From positions 4,964 to 68,963 of the forward strand of contig JBBRMA010000020.1 of the NCBI GenBank assembly GCA_038231075.1: a stretch of 64,000 nt of DNA, read 5' to 3'. The notes beneath the pieces are model-generated. The model had not been told where the DNA came from and searched no databases. It saw only the letters and a program-made list of their open reading frames with translations. Positions within the stretch are counted from its first letter, which is position 1. Each line of letters opens with the position of its first letter. This document shows, piece by piece, positions 18,873 to 28,870 of the stretch. Made by a program: the position numbers and the translations under genes. The stretch is from Myxococcales bacterium (GTDB taxonomy: Bacteria > Myxococcota > Myxococcia > Myxococcales > 40CM-4-68-19).

Positions 18873-20057
18873 ATGTTCGTTGAGTTCATCTACGAGTTGC
18901 GTCAACGCGGCGTGAAGGTCGGCCCGCAGGAGGCGATGACGCTCGCCACCGCGCTCGCGCAGGACCTGCACGGCACCACGCTCGATGGATTCTATGAGGT
19001 GGCGCGGGCGCTGTGCGTGAAGCGCGAGCAGGAATTGGATGCGTTCGACCGCGCCTTCGCCCACCACTTCAAGGGCGTGCCCGACGAGGCGCTGCAATTG
19101 ACCGAGGAGCTCCTCGAGTGGCTGCGCGAGCCGGCCGAGAAGCGCGAGCTGACCGAGGACGAGAAGAAGCTGCTCGAGGCCCTCGACCTCGACGAGGCGA
19201 GAGCGCGGCTCAAGGAGCGCATCGCCGAGCAGCGGTCCCGCCACGATCGCGGCAGCAAGTGGGTCGGCACCGGCGGCACCTCGCCGCACGGGCGGGCCGG
19301 GACGCACCCGAGCGGCATCCGCGTCGGCGAGGGCCCGAATGGCGGCAAGGGCGCTTTGGAGCGCGCAGGCGAGCGGCGCTTTGCGGATTTGAGATCGGAT
19401 ATCACCCTAGATACGAGGCAGCTTGAGTTGGCCTTGAGACGCCTGCGTGCCTATGTCCGCGAAGGCGCCTTGGATGAGTTGGACCTGGAAGGAACAATCG
19501 ACGCCACGGCCAAGAACGCCGGCGAGCTCGAGGTGAAGCTGCGGCCGCCGCGAAGGTCCTCCTTGCGCGTGCTCTTGCTGCTGGATGTGGGCGGCTCGAT
19601 GGACCCGCACGCCGAGGTCAGCGAGAGGCTCTTCTCGGCGGCCAGGCGCGCCACCCATTTCAAGGAGCTGCGCACCTATTACTTCCACAATTGCATCTAT
19701 GGCTCGGTCTTCGCGCGCGCGTCGCTCTCGGGACGTAAAGACGTCGTTGAGTTGCTGCAAGAGTGCGACTCTACCTGGCGTCTCATCGTCGTCGGCGACG
19801 CGCTGATGCACCCTTGGGAGCTGCACTCTGCCGGGAGCCGCTGGACCTGGGGCGAGGACTCGGGCGCGCCCGGCATCGCCTGGCTCGCGCACCTCGCGCA
19901 GCACTTCACCCACTCGGCGTGGCTCAACCCCGAATCGAAGGTCTCGTGGAACGGAACGGCCGAGGTGATCGGCCGCGTCTTCCCCATGTATCGGATGACC
20001 GTGGACGGCCTCGGCGAGGCCGTCCACAAGCTGATGGCCGGCGGGACGCGCCGGTAG
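18873..20057 (+). CDS. VWA domain protein (CoxE-like MoxR partner)
   Basis: KWVGTGGTSP, MIDAS-like DVGGSMD, YYFHNC, VGDALM, WLNP. Confidence 0.88.
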   Translation: MFVEFIYELRQRGVKVGPQEAMTLATALAQDLHGTTLDGFYEVARALCVKREQELDAFDRAFAHHFKGVPDEALQLTEELLEWLREPAEKRELTEDEKKLLEALDLDEARARLKERIAEQRSRHDRGSKWVGTGGTSPHGRAGTHPSGIRVGEGPNGGKGALERAGERRFADLRSDITLDTRQLELALRRLRAYVREGALDELDLEGTIDATAKNAGELEVKLRPPRRSSLRVLLLLDVGGSMDPHAEVSERLFSAARRATHFKELRTYYFHNCIYGSVFARASLSGRKDVVELLQECDSTWRLIVVGDALMHPWELHSAGSRWTWGEDSGAPGIAWLAHLAQHFTHSAWLNPESKVSWNGTAEVIGRVFPMYRMTVDGLGEAVHKLMAGGTRR

Positions 20058-20102
20058 CAGGTCGCCGCCCTCTGCGCGCGGCGACCTGCAGGAAGCCCAG
20101 CG

Positions 20103-21980
20103 CTACCTTGCGCCGTTCTTCCGGCGCCGCCGCGTGGCCAGCGCGAGCCCGATGGCCAGGACCGCGAACACCGCCGGCTGCGTCTCGGTCGACGAGGTGC
20201 TGCAGCCCGCCTTGGCCGTGCTGGTGGCGCCGTTGCAGATGTAGCTCGTGCCGCTGGCGGTGACGAACTTGTAGCCGCCGGTCGGGCAGTTGGCGCCTGG
20301 AGGCTCGACCGCGTCGCTGACCGACTCGCCCGACGGCCCGGTCGGGCCGGTGACGCCCATGGTGCCGGTCGCGCCGCCGCTGCCCGCAGCGCCGGTGGGT
20401 CCAGTCGCGCCCGCGAGGCCGGGCGGACCTTGGACGCCCTGCGCGCCGTCGGTCCCGGGGGACCCGTTGCAGACGAAGGTCGTCCCCGTGGCGGACTGGT
20501 ACTTCACGCCGCCCCTGGCGCAGTTGATCCCGGCGGGCTCGACCGTTCCCTGGACGGACTGTCCGGCCACACCTTGGATCCCTTGCGCGCCCGTCAGGCC
20601 CTGGATTCCCTGGATTCCCTGCGCGCCGGTGGCGCCCTGCGGACCGACGTTGCCTTGCAGGCCGGTGGCGCCGATCGCGCCCGTGGCTCCCTGCGGTCCG
20701 ATTCCGCCGGTCGCGCCCACTGCGCCGGTCGGACCAGCGATGCCTTGCACTCCGGTCGCGCCTTGAGCGCCAACCGGTCCTTGGACGCCGGTCGCGCCTT
20801 GCACGCCCGTCGCGCCCTGCGGTCCCACTGCGCCGGTGGTGCCTTGCTGCCCGGTGGCGCCGGTCGGCCCGACCGCACCTTGCACGCCCGTCGCCCCCTG
20901 CGGTCCTACTGCGCCGGTCGTGCCTTGCTGTCCGGTGGCGCCGGTCGGTCCGAGGAGACCTTGGACGCCGGTCGCCCCTTGCGGCCCGACCGCGCCCGTG
21001 ATGCCTTGCGTGCCGGTGCTGCCCGTCGGTCCGAGCGCGCCCTGCGGGCCAGTCGCGCCTTGCGGCCCGATGACGCCCGTCGGTCCTTGGATGCCCGTGT
21101 TGCCGGTCGCGCCCTGAGGCCCGGCAGGCCCCGTGGCGCCTTGGGCTCCCGTCGTGCCGTTGGTGCCATTGGCTCCGGTCGCTCCAGTCGCGCCGTTGGC
21201 CCCGGTCGCTCCAGTCGCGCCCTTCGCGCCCGCGGCGCCGACTGCTCCAGTCAGGCCTTGCGAGCCGGTTGCGCCCGTCGCGCCGACTGCTCCAGTCAGG
21301 CCTTGCGAGCCGGTTGCGCCCGTCGCACCGATCGCACCATTGGTTCCGTTGGTGCCGGTAGGCCCGATGGGGCCGGTCGGGCCAGTCCCGCCGTTGCTCC
21401 CGTTCGTGCCGTTGTTACCAGTCGGCCCAGTAGGTCCGGTACTACCTTGCGGCCCGGTCGGGCCTGCTGCGCCATTCACGAAGGCGATCACATCGCCGTT
21501 GACGGGAGTGACGTTCTGATTGGTGTAGACGTAGCTGACCAACGCCATGAACGAACTGGAAAAGCGCGGGGTCAAGGTGACCAGCAGCGAGACGGTGCTG
21601 GTCGTGAAGAACGTGCCGCCCTTTGGGTTGGTGTACTTGACCACCACAATGTTGAACGGCGCACCGCCCGTCGCCGACGTTGCCGTCGCGGTGAAGTCGC
21701 TCGCCGTGAACACGCCGCCGCTCGGGTTGACCAGGAACCCCGAGGCGATCGCGACGTCGACGCCGCGGTTGGCCGAATCGAAGGTGAAGATGAACTGGTC
21801 GTTCTGCGCGACGAAACCGTTGACCGTGGCGCCGAGCTGGAGCAGCACCTCGCTCGATTGACCCAGCGGCAACACCTCGGGTCGAACGGAAAAGAGCGGA
21901 TGCACCGCCGACTGCGCGTGCGCCGCGCCTGCCAGTAGCGAAGCAACAAAGAGACCCGCCAATGCGCGACGCAAGCCCAT
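20103..21980 (-). CDS. Collagen-like surface protein with MYXO-CTERM-type anchor
   Basis: Signal peptide; about 100 Gly-X-Y triplets; two EP(A/P)GxNCxxGG modules; C-terminal GCS...hydrophobic...RRRRK. Confidence 0.88.
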   Translation of the reverse strand: MGLRRALAGLFVASLLAGAAHAQSAVHPLFSVRPEVLPLGQSSEVLLQLGATVNGFVAQNDQFIFTFDSANRGVDVAIASGFLVNPSGGVFTASDFTATATSATGGAPFNIVVVKYTNPKGGTFFTTSTVSLLVTLTPRFSSSFMALVSYVYTNQNVTPVNGDVIAFVNGAAGPTGPQGSTGPTGPTGNNGTNGSNGGTGPTGPIGPTGTNGTNGAIGATGATGSQGLTGAVGATGATGSQGLTGAVGAAGAKGATGATGANGATGATGANGTNGTTGAQGATGPAGPQGATGNTGIQGPTGVIGPQGATGPQGALGPTGSTGTQGITGAVGPQGATGVQGLLGPTGATGQQGTTGAVGPQGATGVQGAVGPTGATGQQGTTGAVGPQGATGVQGATGVQGPVGAQGATGVQGIAGPTGAVGATGGIGPQGATGAIGATGLQGNVGPQGATGAQGIQGIQGLTGAQGIQGVAGQSVQGTVEPAGINCARGGVKYQSATGTTFVCNGSPGTDGAQGVQGPPGLAGATGPTGAAGSGGATGTMGVTGPTGPSGESVSDAVEPPGANCPTGGYKFVTASGTSYICNGATSTAKAGCSTSSTETQPAVFAVLAIGLALATRRRRKNGAR

Positions 21981-22063
21981 CGATACCCTCGGTGTAGAAA
22001 CAGTCACAGCCAGTGGAGGCGCACAGCCTCGCAGATCGAGGCCCCGATTTGCAATCCGCCGCA

Positions 22064-22921
22064 TTACGCCCAGCGGCGGGGGCGCTCCCGCAGCTCGGCA
22101 GCGCCAAGTCCCTCGCAGAGCTTGTAGAAGGGCTCCTTGGGGACGCCGTGGAAGCGCAGTTCTTCCAGGGTCTCCGGCACGGGGGCATCGAGCCGCAGCG
22201 TCGCCAGGGTGCGGTAGAGCAGCGCGTCGGCCCGCTGCGCCTCGAGCGTCGCCGACAAGCGCAGCGCGCCGCGCACGCCCGCTGGCCAGCGCAGCGGCTG
22301 CGCCGGGATCTGCTCGAGGTGGCCAAACTCTGCCAGGAGCGCGGCCGCGGTCTTCTCGCCAAAGCCCGGCAGGCCGGGGATGCCGTCGGCGTCATCGCCG
22401 GTCAGGGCCAGCAGATCGGGGATGCTCGCCGGTCGCACGCCGCGGCGCTTGACGAGCGCGTCCTCGTCGATGACGGCCTTGCGGATGCGATCGACCTGCA
22501 CCACGCGCGTGGCGACGAGGCACTGGCCGAGGTCCTTGTCGGGCGTGAGGATGCGCACCTGCTCGACCTGGCCGGCGAAGCGGGCGGCGGCGGTGGCGAG
22601 GCCATCGTCGGCCTCGAAGTCGCGCATCGAGAGGACGCAGAGCCCGAGCGCGCGGCAGGCCTCTTCGACCAGATCGAACTGCTCGCGCAGCTCGGGCGGC
22701 ACCCCCTCGTCGCTCTTGTAGCCGGCAAAGAGGTCGTTGCGGAACGAGCGGATCGGGTTGTCGAAGGCGATGGCCAGGTGCGTGACCGCCTCGGCCTCGT
22801 CGTGCAGGAGGGCCAGCATCGCCGAGGTGAGGCCGCGGGTGGCCTTGAGCGGCCGGTCGGGCGCTTTGGAGTAGTGAGCCCGATACAATTCAAAGGTGCC
22901 GTCGACCAGGTGGAGGCGCAT
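22064..22921 (-). CDS. 5'-3' exonuclease / flap endonuclease (stand-alone)
   Basis: [24 protein letters not shown]3[20 protein letters not shown]. Confidence 0.92.
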   Translation of the reverse strand: MRLHLVDGTFELYRAHYSKAPDRPLKATRGLTSAMLALLHDEAEAVTHLAIAFDNPIRSFRNDLFAGYKSDEGVPPELREQFDLVEEACRALGLCVLSMRDFEADDGLATAAARFAGQVEQVRILTPDKDLGQCLVATRVVQVDRIRKAVIDEDALVKRRGVRPASIPDLLALTGDDADGIPGLPGFGEKTAAALLAEFGHLEQIPAQPLRWPAGVRGALRLSATLEAQRADALLYRTLATLRLDAPVPETLEELRFHGVPKEPFYKLCEGLGAAELRERPRRWA

Positions 22922-22978
22922 GAAGCAAAACGATACAGTGGGCGGCGCCCGGCTGCTTGGGGGACGGCCGGGCAGGCT

Positions 22979-23003
22979 GGAATAACCTTATCGCCCAGGC
23001 GTT
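22979..23003 (+). promoter_or_regulatory. Possible ECF-type promoter
   Basis: GGAAT-N16-CGTT just upstream of the sigma factor ATG at 23021. Confidence 0.25.
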
Positions 23004-23020
23004 TTGACCGACTGGCCTGC

Positions 23021-23869
23021 ATGGATGCGATGCCCCAACTGCGCCCCGCGACCGACCCCGCCCTCGAGGCGGCCCTGTGCGCGGCGAGCGCCCGGGCGAG
23101 GCTCGCGTTCCCGCTCTTGCAGGCCGACGAGGCGAGCTTTCGCGCCTGGCTCCTGCGCGGGCCGCAGGCGGGCGCCGACAAGGCCGCCGCCGTCGGCTTG
23201 CTCCACGTCGAGGACGTGCTTCTTGCCTGCGCCTGCGCCGCGGGCGACCGCCGCGCCCACGAGGAGCTGGACCTGCGCCTGCGCGCGGTGGTCCCGTCGG
23301 CCGCGGCGCGGATGCGGGCCTCGAACGCCTTCGTCGAGGAGGTGCAGCAGCGGCTGCGCCAGAAGCTCCTCATCGGCGGCCCCGACGGCAGCCCCAAGAT
23401 CCTGGCCTACCTGGGACGCGGGTCGCTCTCGAGCTGGCTGCGCGCGGCCGCCCTGCGCGAGGCGCTCAACCTGCTCGACGGCGAGCGCAACGACTCGCCG
23501 CTCGACTCGGCCCAGCTCGCGCGGCTGCCCTCGGGCGGCGATGACCCCGAGCTGGAGCTGGTGCGCCGCCGCTACGCGCCCGAGTTCAAGAGCGCGCTCG
23601 ACGACGCCCTGCGCGGCCTGCCCGCGCGCGAGCGCAACCTGCTCCGGCTCTACTTCGTGCAGGGGCTCACGGTCGAGGAGATCGGCCGCATGGAGGGCAC
23701 GCACAAGTCAACCATCTCGCGCTGGCTGGCCAAGACGCGCGGCTCGGTGCTGGCCGACGTCAAGCGGCGGCTCGGCGCGCAGCTCAAGCTCTCGTCCGCC
23801 GAGCTCGACAGCCTGATCGGCGCGCTCCGCAGCCAGCTCCACCTCAGCCTGCACCGGGCGCTCGAATGA
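23021..23869 (+). CDS. ECF sigma-70 factor, myxobacterial kinase-associated type (paralog of 9530-10441)
   Basis: DVLLACACAAGD, YLGRGSLSSWLRAAA, HTH LTVEEIGRMEGTHKSTISRWL. Confidence 0.85.
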   Translation: MDAMPQLRPATDPALEAALCAASARARLAFPLLQADEASFRAWLLRGPQAGADKAAAVGLLHVEDVLLACACAAGDRRAHEELDLRLRAVVPSAAARMRASNAFVEEVQQRLRQKLLIGGPDGSPKILAYLGRGSLSSWLRAAALREALNLLDGERNDSPLDSAQLARLPSGGDDPELELVRRRYAPEFKSALDDALRGLPARERNLLRLYFVQGLTVEEIGRMEGTHKSTISRWLAKTRGSVLADVKRRLGAQLKLSSAELDSLIGALRSQLHLSLHRALE

Positions 23870-26529
23870 GCGCGTGCGCCTCGGAGACCGAGCTGCTCGA
23901 TTTCGTCGCCGGCTCGCTCGGCTGCGCGGAGTCCGACGCGCTCCACGCGCACCTCGCTTGCTGCCCCGCCTGCGAGCGCATGGTGGCCGAGCTCGCGCGC
24001 GAGACGCCGGCCGACACCGCTTCCGCCGCGCCCGGCGCCGAGGCCCGCCCGCTGCGGCGCGGCGATCAGCTGGGCCGCTACCTGGTCCTGGACGAGCTCG
24101 GCGCGGGCGGGATGGGCGTCGTCTACGCCGCCTTCGATCCGCAGCTCGACCGCAAGGTCGCGCTCAAGCTGCTCAAGCCCGACGCCAGCGGCCACGCGCA
24201 AGAAGGGCAGCGCGAGCGGCTCCTCGGCGAGGCGCAGGCGCTGGCGCGGCTCAGCCACGCCAACGTCGTCACCGTCTACGAGGCGCAAGCGCTGGGTGAG
24301 CGGGTGTGGCTCGCGATGGAGCTGGTCGAGGGGACGACGCTCGCGCGCTGGCTCGCAGAGAAGCGGCCGCGCGCGCAGGTGCTCGACATCTTCGTCAAGG
24401 CGGGGGAGGGGCTCTTCGCGGCACACGAGGCGGGCCTCGTCCACCGCGACTTCAAGCCCGAGAACGTCCTCATCGGCGACGACGGCCGGGTGCGCGTCAC
24501 CGACTTCGGCCTGGCGCGCAAGGAGCAGGGTCCGGCGCAGGCAGGGGAGGCGAGGCTGCTCGGCACCCCCGCTTATATGGCGCCCGAGCAATGGGCGGGC
24601 CTGCCGGCCGATGCGCGCAGCGACCAGTTCAGCTTCTGCGTCTCCCTCTGGGAGGCGCTCTCCGGCGCGCGGCCGTTCCACGCCGACAAGCTCGAGCTGC
24701 TGGCCGGCGAGATCGAGCGCGAGCACATCTCCGCCAAGGGCCACGCGGAGCTGATCCCCTCGCGGCTGCGGCGCGTGCTCTTGCGCGGGCTGCACAAGGA
24801 CGGCGCCGCGCGCTACCCGTCGATGCGCGAGCTGCTGGCCGAGCTGCAGCGCGATCCGCTGGCGCCGTTCAGGAAGCCCCTGGCGGCGGCGGCGGCGCTG
24901 GTCCTGGTGGCGCTCGGCATCGTCCTTGGCGCGAAGCACCGGGACCCGCTGATCTGCAGCGGCGCCGAGCAGAAGCTGGCCGGCATCTGGGACGCGCAGC
25001 GCAAGGAGGTCGTCCGGGCCTCGCTCAAGCTGCCCGTCGCCGGCGAGGCCTGGCGCGGCCTCGAGCGCGCGCTCGACGGCTACGCGCAGAGCTGGGCGCG
25101 CATGCACTTGGAGGCGTGCCTCGCGACCCGCGTGCGCAAGGAGCAGAGCGAGCAGCTGCTCGACTTGCGCGTCGCCTGCCTGGAGCGCCGCGCCCGCGAC
25201 CTCGGCTCCTTGACCGCGCTCTTCGTGCGGCGCGGGCAGGAGGTCGCCCCCGAGGCCGCCAAGGCCGCCTATGCGCTCCCCCCGCTGCGCGAGTGCGCCG
25301 AGACCGACGCCTTGGCCGCGCAGGTGAAGCAGCCCTCCGATCCCGCCGAGCGCCGCCGCATCGCCGCCGTCGAGGCCGAGCTCTCCGAAGTCCGCGCTCT
25401 CGTCTCGGCGGGCAATGACGCCGCCGCGGCCCCTCGCGCCGAGGCCACCGTCGCGCTCGCCCGCGAGGTGCCCTACGCGCCCATCCGCGCCGAGGCGCTC
25501 TACCAGCTTGGCCTCCTGGCGATGCGCAACGGCGACGCGCAAAAGGCCGAGCACGCGCTGCTCGAGGCCGCCTGGGAGGCAGAGGCGGGCCGCCACGATC
25601 GCCTGGCCGCGCACGCGCGCATCGACCTCGTCTACGTGGTCGGCGAGCTGGAAGGCCGCGCCGCCGATGCCGCCGGCAACTGGCTGCGCGAGGCCGGGGC
25701 CGCGCTGCAGCGCTTTGGCGCCGATGCCGATCTCGAGTCGAGCCTCGAGACGGTGCACGCCGGCGTCCTCACCGCCCAGGACAAGTGCGAGCAGGCGCTG
25801 CCCCACCTCCGCTTGGCGCTGGCGCTGGCCGACCGCGCCTACGAGGCCGACGACCCGCGCCGCGGGATGCTGCTCAACAACATCGGCAACACCCTGCGCT
25901 GCGTCGGCGACCTCGACGGCGCGCTCGACCGCCACCGCGCGGCGCTCGCGCTGCGCGAGCGCGTCTTCGGCCCCGACCACCCCGAGGTCGCCTCGTCGCT
26001 CAACGCCATCGGCAACATGTACTTCTTCAAGAGCGACTTCGCGGCCGCGCTCGACTACCACCAGCGCGCGCTGCGGGCCCGCGAGCGGTCGCTCGGAGAA
26101 GGCGCGATGATGGTCGCGACCGCTGTGCTCAACGTCGGCGTCGATCTGATCTCGCTCGGCCGCAACGCCGAAGGGCGGGCCCACGCGCGGCGGGCGCTCG
26201 ACATCTACGAGTCGGCGCTCGGCAAGAACAGCCCGCGCCTGGTGTCGCCCTTGTCGATCCTCGGCCACGTCGAGGTGGACCTGGGCGCGCCGCAAGAGGC
26301 GAGGCGCTACCTCGAGCGCGCGCTGCAGCTGCTCGGCGACCGCGACGACGACAAGGCCGCGATGGCGCGCTTCAACCTCGCCCGGGCGCTGCGCGGCGAG
26401 CACGGCGACGAGCAGCGCGCGCGCGACCTCGCCATCTCCGCCCGCGAGTACTACACGCGCCGCCCGCAGGCCCGAAAGACCGAGCTCGAGACCATCGACG
26501 AGTGGCTCAAGGGTCCCCGCGCGATGTGA
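23866..26529 (+). CDS. Ser/Thr kinase: zf-HC2 - kinase - TM - TPR repeats
   Basis: HLACCPAC; GAGGMG, HRDFKPEN, DFG, GTPAYMAPE; TM; TPR-like GPDHPEVASSLNAIG; ATGA overlap with the sigma gene. Confidence 0.92.
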   Translation: MSACASETELLDFVAGSLGCAESDALHAHLACCPACERMVAELARETPADTASAAPGAEARPLRRGDQLGRYLVLDELGAGGMGVVYAAFDPQLDRKVALKLLKPDASGHAQEGQRERLLGEAQALARLSHANVVTVYEAQALGERVWLAMELVEGTTLARWLAEKRPRAQVLDIFVKAGEGLFAAHEAGLVHRDFKPENVLIGDDGRVRVTDFGLARKEQGPAQAGEARLLGTPAYMAPEQWAGLPADARSDQFSFCVSLWEALSGARPFHADKLELLAGEIEREHISAKGHAELIPSRLRRVLLRGLHKDGAARYPSMRELLAELQRDPLAPFRKPLAAAAALVLVALGIVLGAKHRDPLICSGAEQKLAGIWDAQRKEVVRASLKLPVAGEAWRGLERALDGYAQSWARMHLEACLATRVRKEQSEQLLDLRVACLERRARDLGSLTALFVRRGQEVAPEAAKAAYALPPLRECAETDALAAQVKQPSDPAERRRIAAVEAELSEVRALVSAGNDAAAAPRAEATVALAREVPYAPIRAEALYQLGLLAMRNGDAQKAEHALLEAAWEAEAGRHDRLAAHARIDLVYVVGELEGRAADAAGNWLREAGAALQRFGADADLESSLETVHAGVLTAQDKCEQALPHLRLALALADRAYEADDPRRGMLLNNIGNTLRCVGDLDGALDRHRAALALRERVFGPDHPEVASSLNAIGNMYFFKSDFAAALDYHQRALRARERSLGEGAMMVATAVLNVGVDLISLGRNAEGRAHARRALDIYESALGKNSPRLVSPLSILGHVEVDLGAPQEARRYLERALQLLGDRDDDKAAMARFNLARALRGEHGDEQRARDLAISAREYYTRRPQARKTELETIDEWLKGPRAM

Positions 26530-26583
26530 TCCGTCTTGCTTCTTGCCGTTCGCCAATCGCCGATCGCCGGTTACACTCCCTCC

Positions 26584-26904
26584 ATGGCCCGCCGTCCGAA
26601 TCGCCGAGAGCCTTCTCAGTCCTGGGAATCCGAGCGCACGCTGGCCGCCGCCGAGGCCGAAGCCGCGGAGGCCGCCCGCGCCACCGGCCCGCAGACGAGC
26701 GCCGCCGTGACGGCCTGCGCCTGCGGATCGGGCGAGTTCGTCCTGGAAGCCTACCTGCACATCGTCGATGGCGTGCCTTCGCCGACTCCGGTCGAGGTCG
26801 AGGCGCTCACCTGCCCCGCGTGCAACCGCGAGTACGAGGCCATCCTCGGCGAGGGCGGCCGCATCCTGCGCGGCGATTTCCTTGGGTTCGTCGAGGAAGA
26901 CTGA
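26584..26904 (+). CDS. Small zinc-ribbon-like hypothetical protein
   Basis: CACG ... CPAC cysteine pairs. Confidence 0.65.
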   Translation: MARRPNRREPSQSWESERTLAAAEAEAAEAARATGPQTSAAVTACACGSGEFVLEAYLHIVDGVPSPTPVEVEALTCPACNREYEAILGEGGRILRGDFLGFVEED

Positions 26905-26928
26905 GTCGCGATATGGCAAAGTAAAGCC

Positions 26929-28740
26929 ATGTCCACCATTCCGCGCATGTTCCTCGACCGGGTGGTGAAGAGCGCCGCCCACCGCGCCTTCACCTCCTTC
27001 GTCGACGGCAGCTACCAAGACTTCACCTGGCGAGACTACGACCGGGACTCGCGCGACTTCGGCCTGGGCCTCGTCGAGCTTGGGCTCAAGCGCGGCGAGA
27101 CCGTGGCCATCCTCGGCTCGACCCGGCGCGAGTGGGTGCTGAGCGACATCGGAGCCGTGGGCGCGGGCGCCATCACCGTCGGCCTCTACCCGACGCTGAA
27201 CCCCGAAGGCACCGGCTCGATGTTCTACGTCATCGACCACTCGGAGTCGCGCTACCTCGTGGTCGAAAGCGGGAAGATCCTCAAGGAGCGAATCGGGCCC
27301 ATCCTCGGCAAGATCGGCCGCGTCGAGAAGATCATCCTCTGGGAGTGCGACGCCGAGGCGAAGAAGCTGGACCCCCGCGTCGTCTCCTTCGCCGAGGTGT
27401 CCGCCCTCGGCAGCGCCGCCCACGCGCGCGACACCGGACTCTGGCAGCGCACCTGCGACGCCGCCAAGCCCTCCGATGTGGCGATCCTCGTCTACACCTC
27501 GGGCACCACGGGGCAGCCCAAGGGGGCGATGCTCACGCACGGCAACGTCTTCGCTCTCGAGGAGTCGCTCAGCCAGGTGGTCCCGCCCCACTCGGACGAC
27601 GAGTGCACCGTGAGCTTTCTTCCCATGGCCCACGTCGCCGAGCGCTGCGTCGGCCACTACGGACGCATCCGCCAGGGCTACGCGACGCGCTTCGCCCGCT
27701 CGTTCGACACCATCATCGAGGATCTAAAGGCGGCGCGGCCCACCATCTTCGGCTCGGTCCCGCGCATCTTCGAGAAGGTCTACGCCGGCGTGATTGGCAA
27801 GGTCTCCACCAAGCGCGGCCTCGCCGGCTTCATCGGGCGCGCGGCGCTGCGGGCGGGCATGGAGTCGTGGCGGGCGAGACAGCGGGGCGAGAGCGTGGGC
27901 CTCTACACGCGCCTCTTCGCCTGGGTCTTCCAGCGCACCATCGCCGAGAAGGTCCGCGCGGGCTTTGGCGGCCGCTGCAGCTGGATGGTGAGCGGCGCCG
28001 CTCCCATCGCGGTCGAGATCCTCGAGTTCTTCGACGCCTGCGGCCTGCGGACCTTCGAAGCCTACGGCATGACCGAGACCAGCGCCCTGCTCACCATCAA
28101 CGGCCCTGACGCCTTCCGCTACGGCACGGTGGGCAAGGCCCTGCCCGGCGTCGAGCTGCGCATTGCCGAAGACGGCGAGATCCAGGCCCGCGGTCCCAAC
28201 GTCTTCAAGGGCTACTTCAAGGATCCAGAGGCGACCGCGGCCGCCTTCACCGCCGATGGCTGGTATTGCACCGGCGATATCGGCGCTTTCGACAAGGACG
28301 GCTTCTTGCGCATCACCGATCGCAAGAAGAACATCCTCATCACCGCTGGCGGCAAGAACATCACGCCCTCCAATATCGAGAACGAGGTCAAGTCCCACCC
28401 GCTCATCTCTTATTGCCACTTGCACGCCGACCGGCGGCCCTATCCGGTGGCGCTCATCTGCCTGGACCCCGACGAGCTGAAGAAGCTGGCCCAGGACAAG
28501 GACGCCCACCAAAGCGCGGCGGTGAAGAAGGCGGTGCAGGAGGCGATCGACCGGGCCAATGGCCGCTCGGCGCAATATGAGCGCATCGGCAAGTTTGCCA
28601 TCTTGCCCCAGGAGTTCTCCGTCGAGGGCGGCGAGCTGACGCCGACCTTGAAGGTGAAGCGCAAGGTGGTCGATACCAAATATGCGTCGATTCTCGACGC
28701 GCTCTATGCCGAAGGGAAGCAGGAGCGCGGCGCCGCTTGA
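26929..28740 (+). CDS. Long-chain fatty acid--CoA ligase (AMP-binding)
   Basis: YTSGTTGQPKG, YGMTE, TGDIG, DRKK, ELTPTLKVKR. Confidence 0.92.
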   Translation: MSTIPRMFLDRVVKSAAHRAFTSFVDGSYQDFTWRDYDRDSRDFGLGLVELGLKRGETVAILGSTRREWVLSDIGAVGAGAITVGLYPTLNPEGTGSMFYVIDHSESRYLVVESGKILKERIGPILGKIGRVEKIILWECDAEAKKLDPRVVSFAEVSALGSAAHARDTGLWQRTCDAAKPSDVAILVYTSGTTGQPKGAMLTHGNVFALEESLSQVVPPHSDDECTVSFLPMAHVAERCVGHYGRIRQGYATRFARSFDTIIEDLKAARPTIFGSVPRIFEKVYAGVIGKVSTKRGLAGFIGRAALRAGMESWRARQRGESVGLYTRLFAWVFQRTIAEKVRAGFGGRCSWMVSGAAPIAVEILEFFDACGLRTFEAYGMTETSALLTINGPDAFRYGTVGKALPGVELRIAEDGEIQARGPNVFKGYFKDPEATAAAFTADGWYCTGDIGAFDKDGFLRITDRKKNILITAGGKNITPSNIENEVKSHPLISYCHLHADRRPYPVALICLDPDELKKLAQDKDAHQSAAVKKAVQEAIDRANGRSAQYERIGKFAILPQEFSVEGGELTPTLKVKRKVVDTKYASILDALYAEGKQERGAA

Positions 28741-28750
28741 TCAATCAATC

Positions 28751-28870
28751 CTATTCCTTGAAGTCGGTCCCGGCCGCGCCGGCGCACGACTTGACCGCCT
28801 CGGTGCGGCCGTTGATCCAGCTCCAGAAATCCTCGAAGATCGAGCAGTCGCGCTTGCCGTCCGAGGCCAT
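28751..28870 (-). CDS. Putative 39-aa small protein coupled to the helicase
   Basis: TGATG overlap with the helicase stop; MASDGKRDCSIFEDFWSWINGRTEAVKSCAGAAGTDFKE; GC3-rich codons. Confidence 0.5.
   Translation of the reverse strand: MASDGKRDCSIFEDFWSWINGRTEAVKSCAGAAGTDFKE

Noticed and set aside
23650-27657. 1335-aa minus-strand ORF and many similar long ORFs (e.g. 8027-10606, 11980-14409, 34423-36867)
   Set aside because: Antisense or alternate-frame shadows of well-supported genes, expected at this GC content; no motifs.
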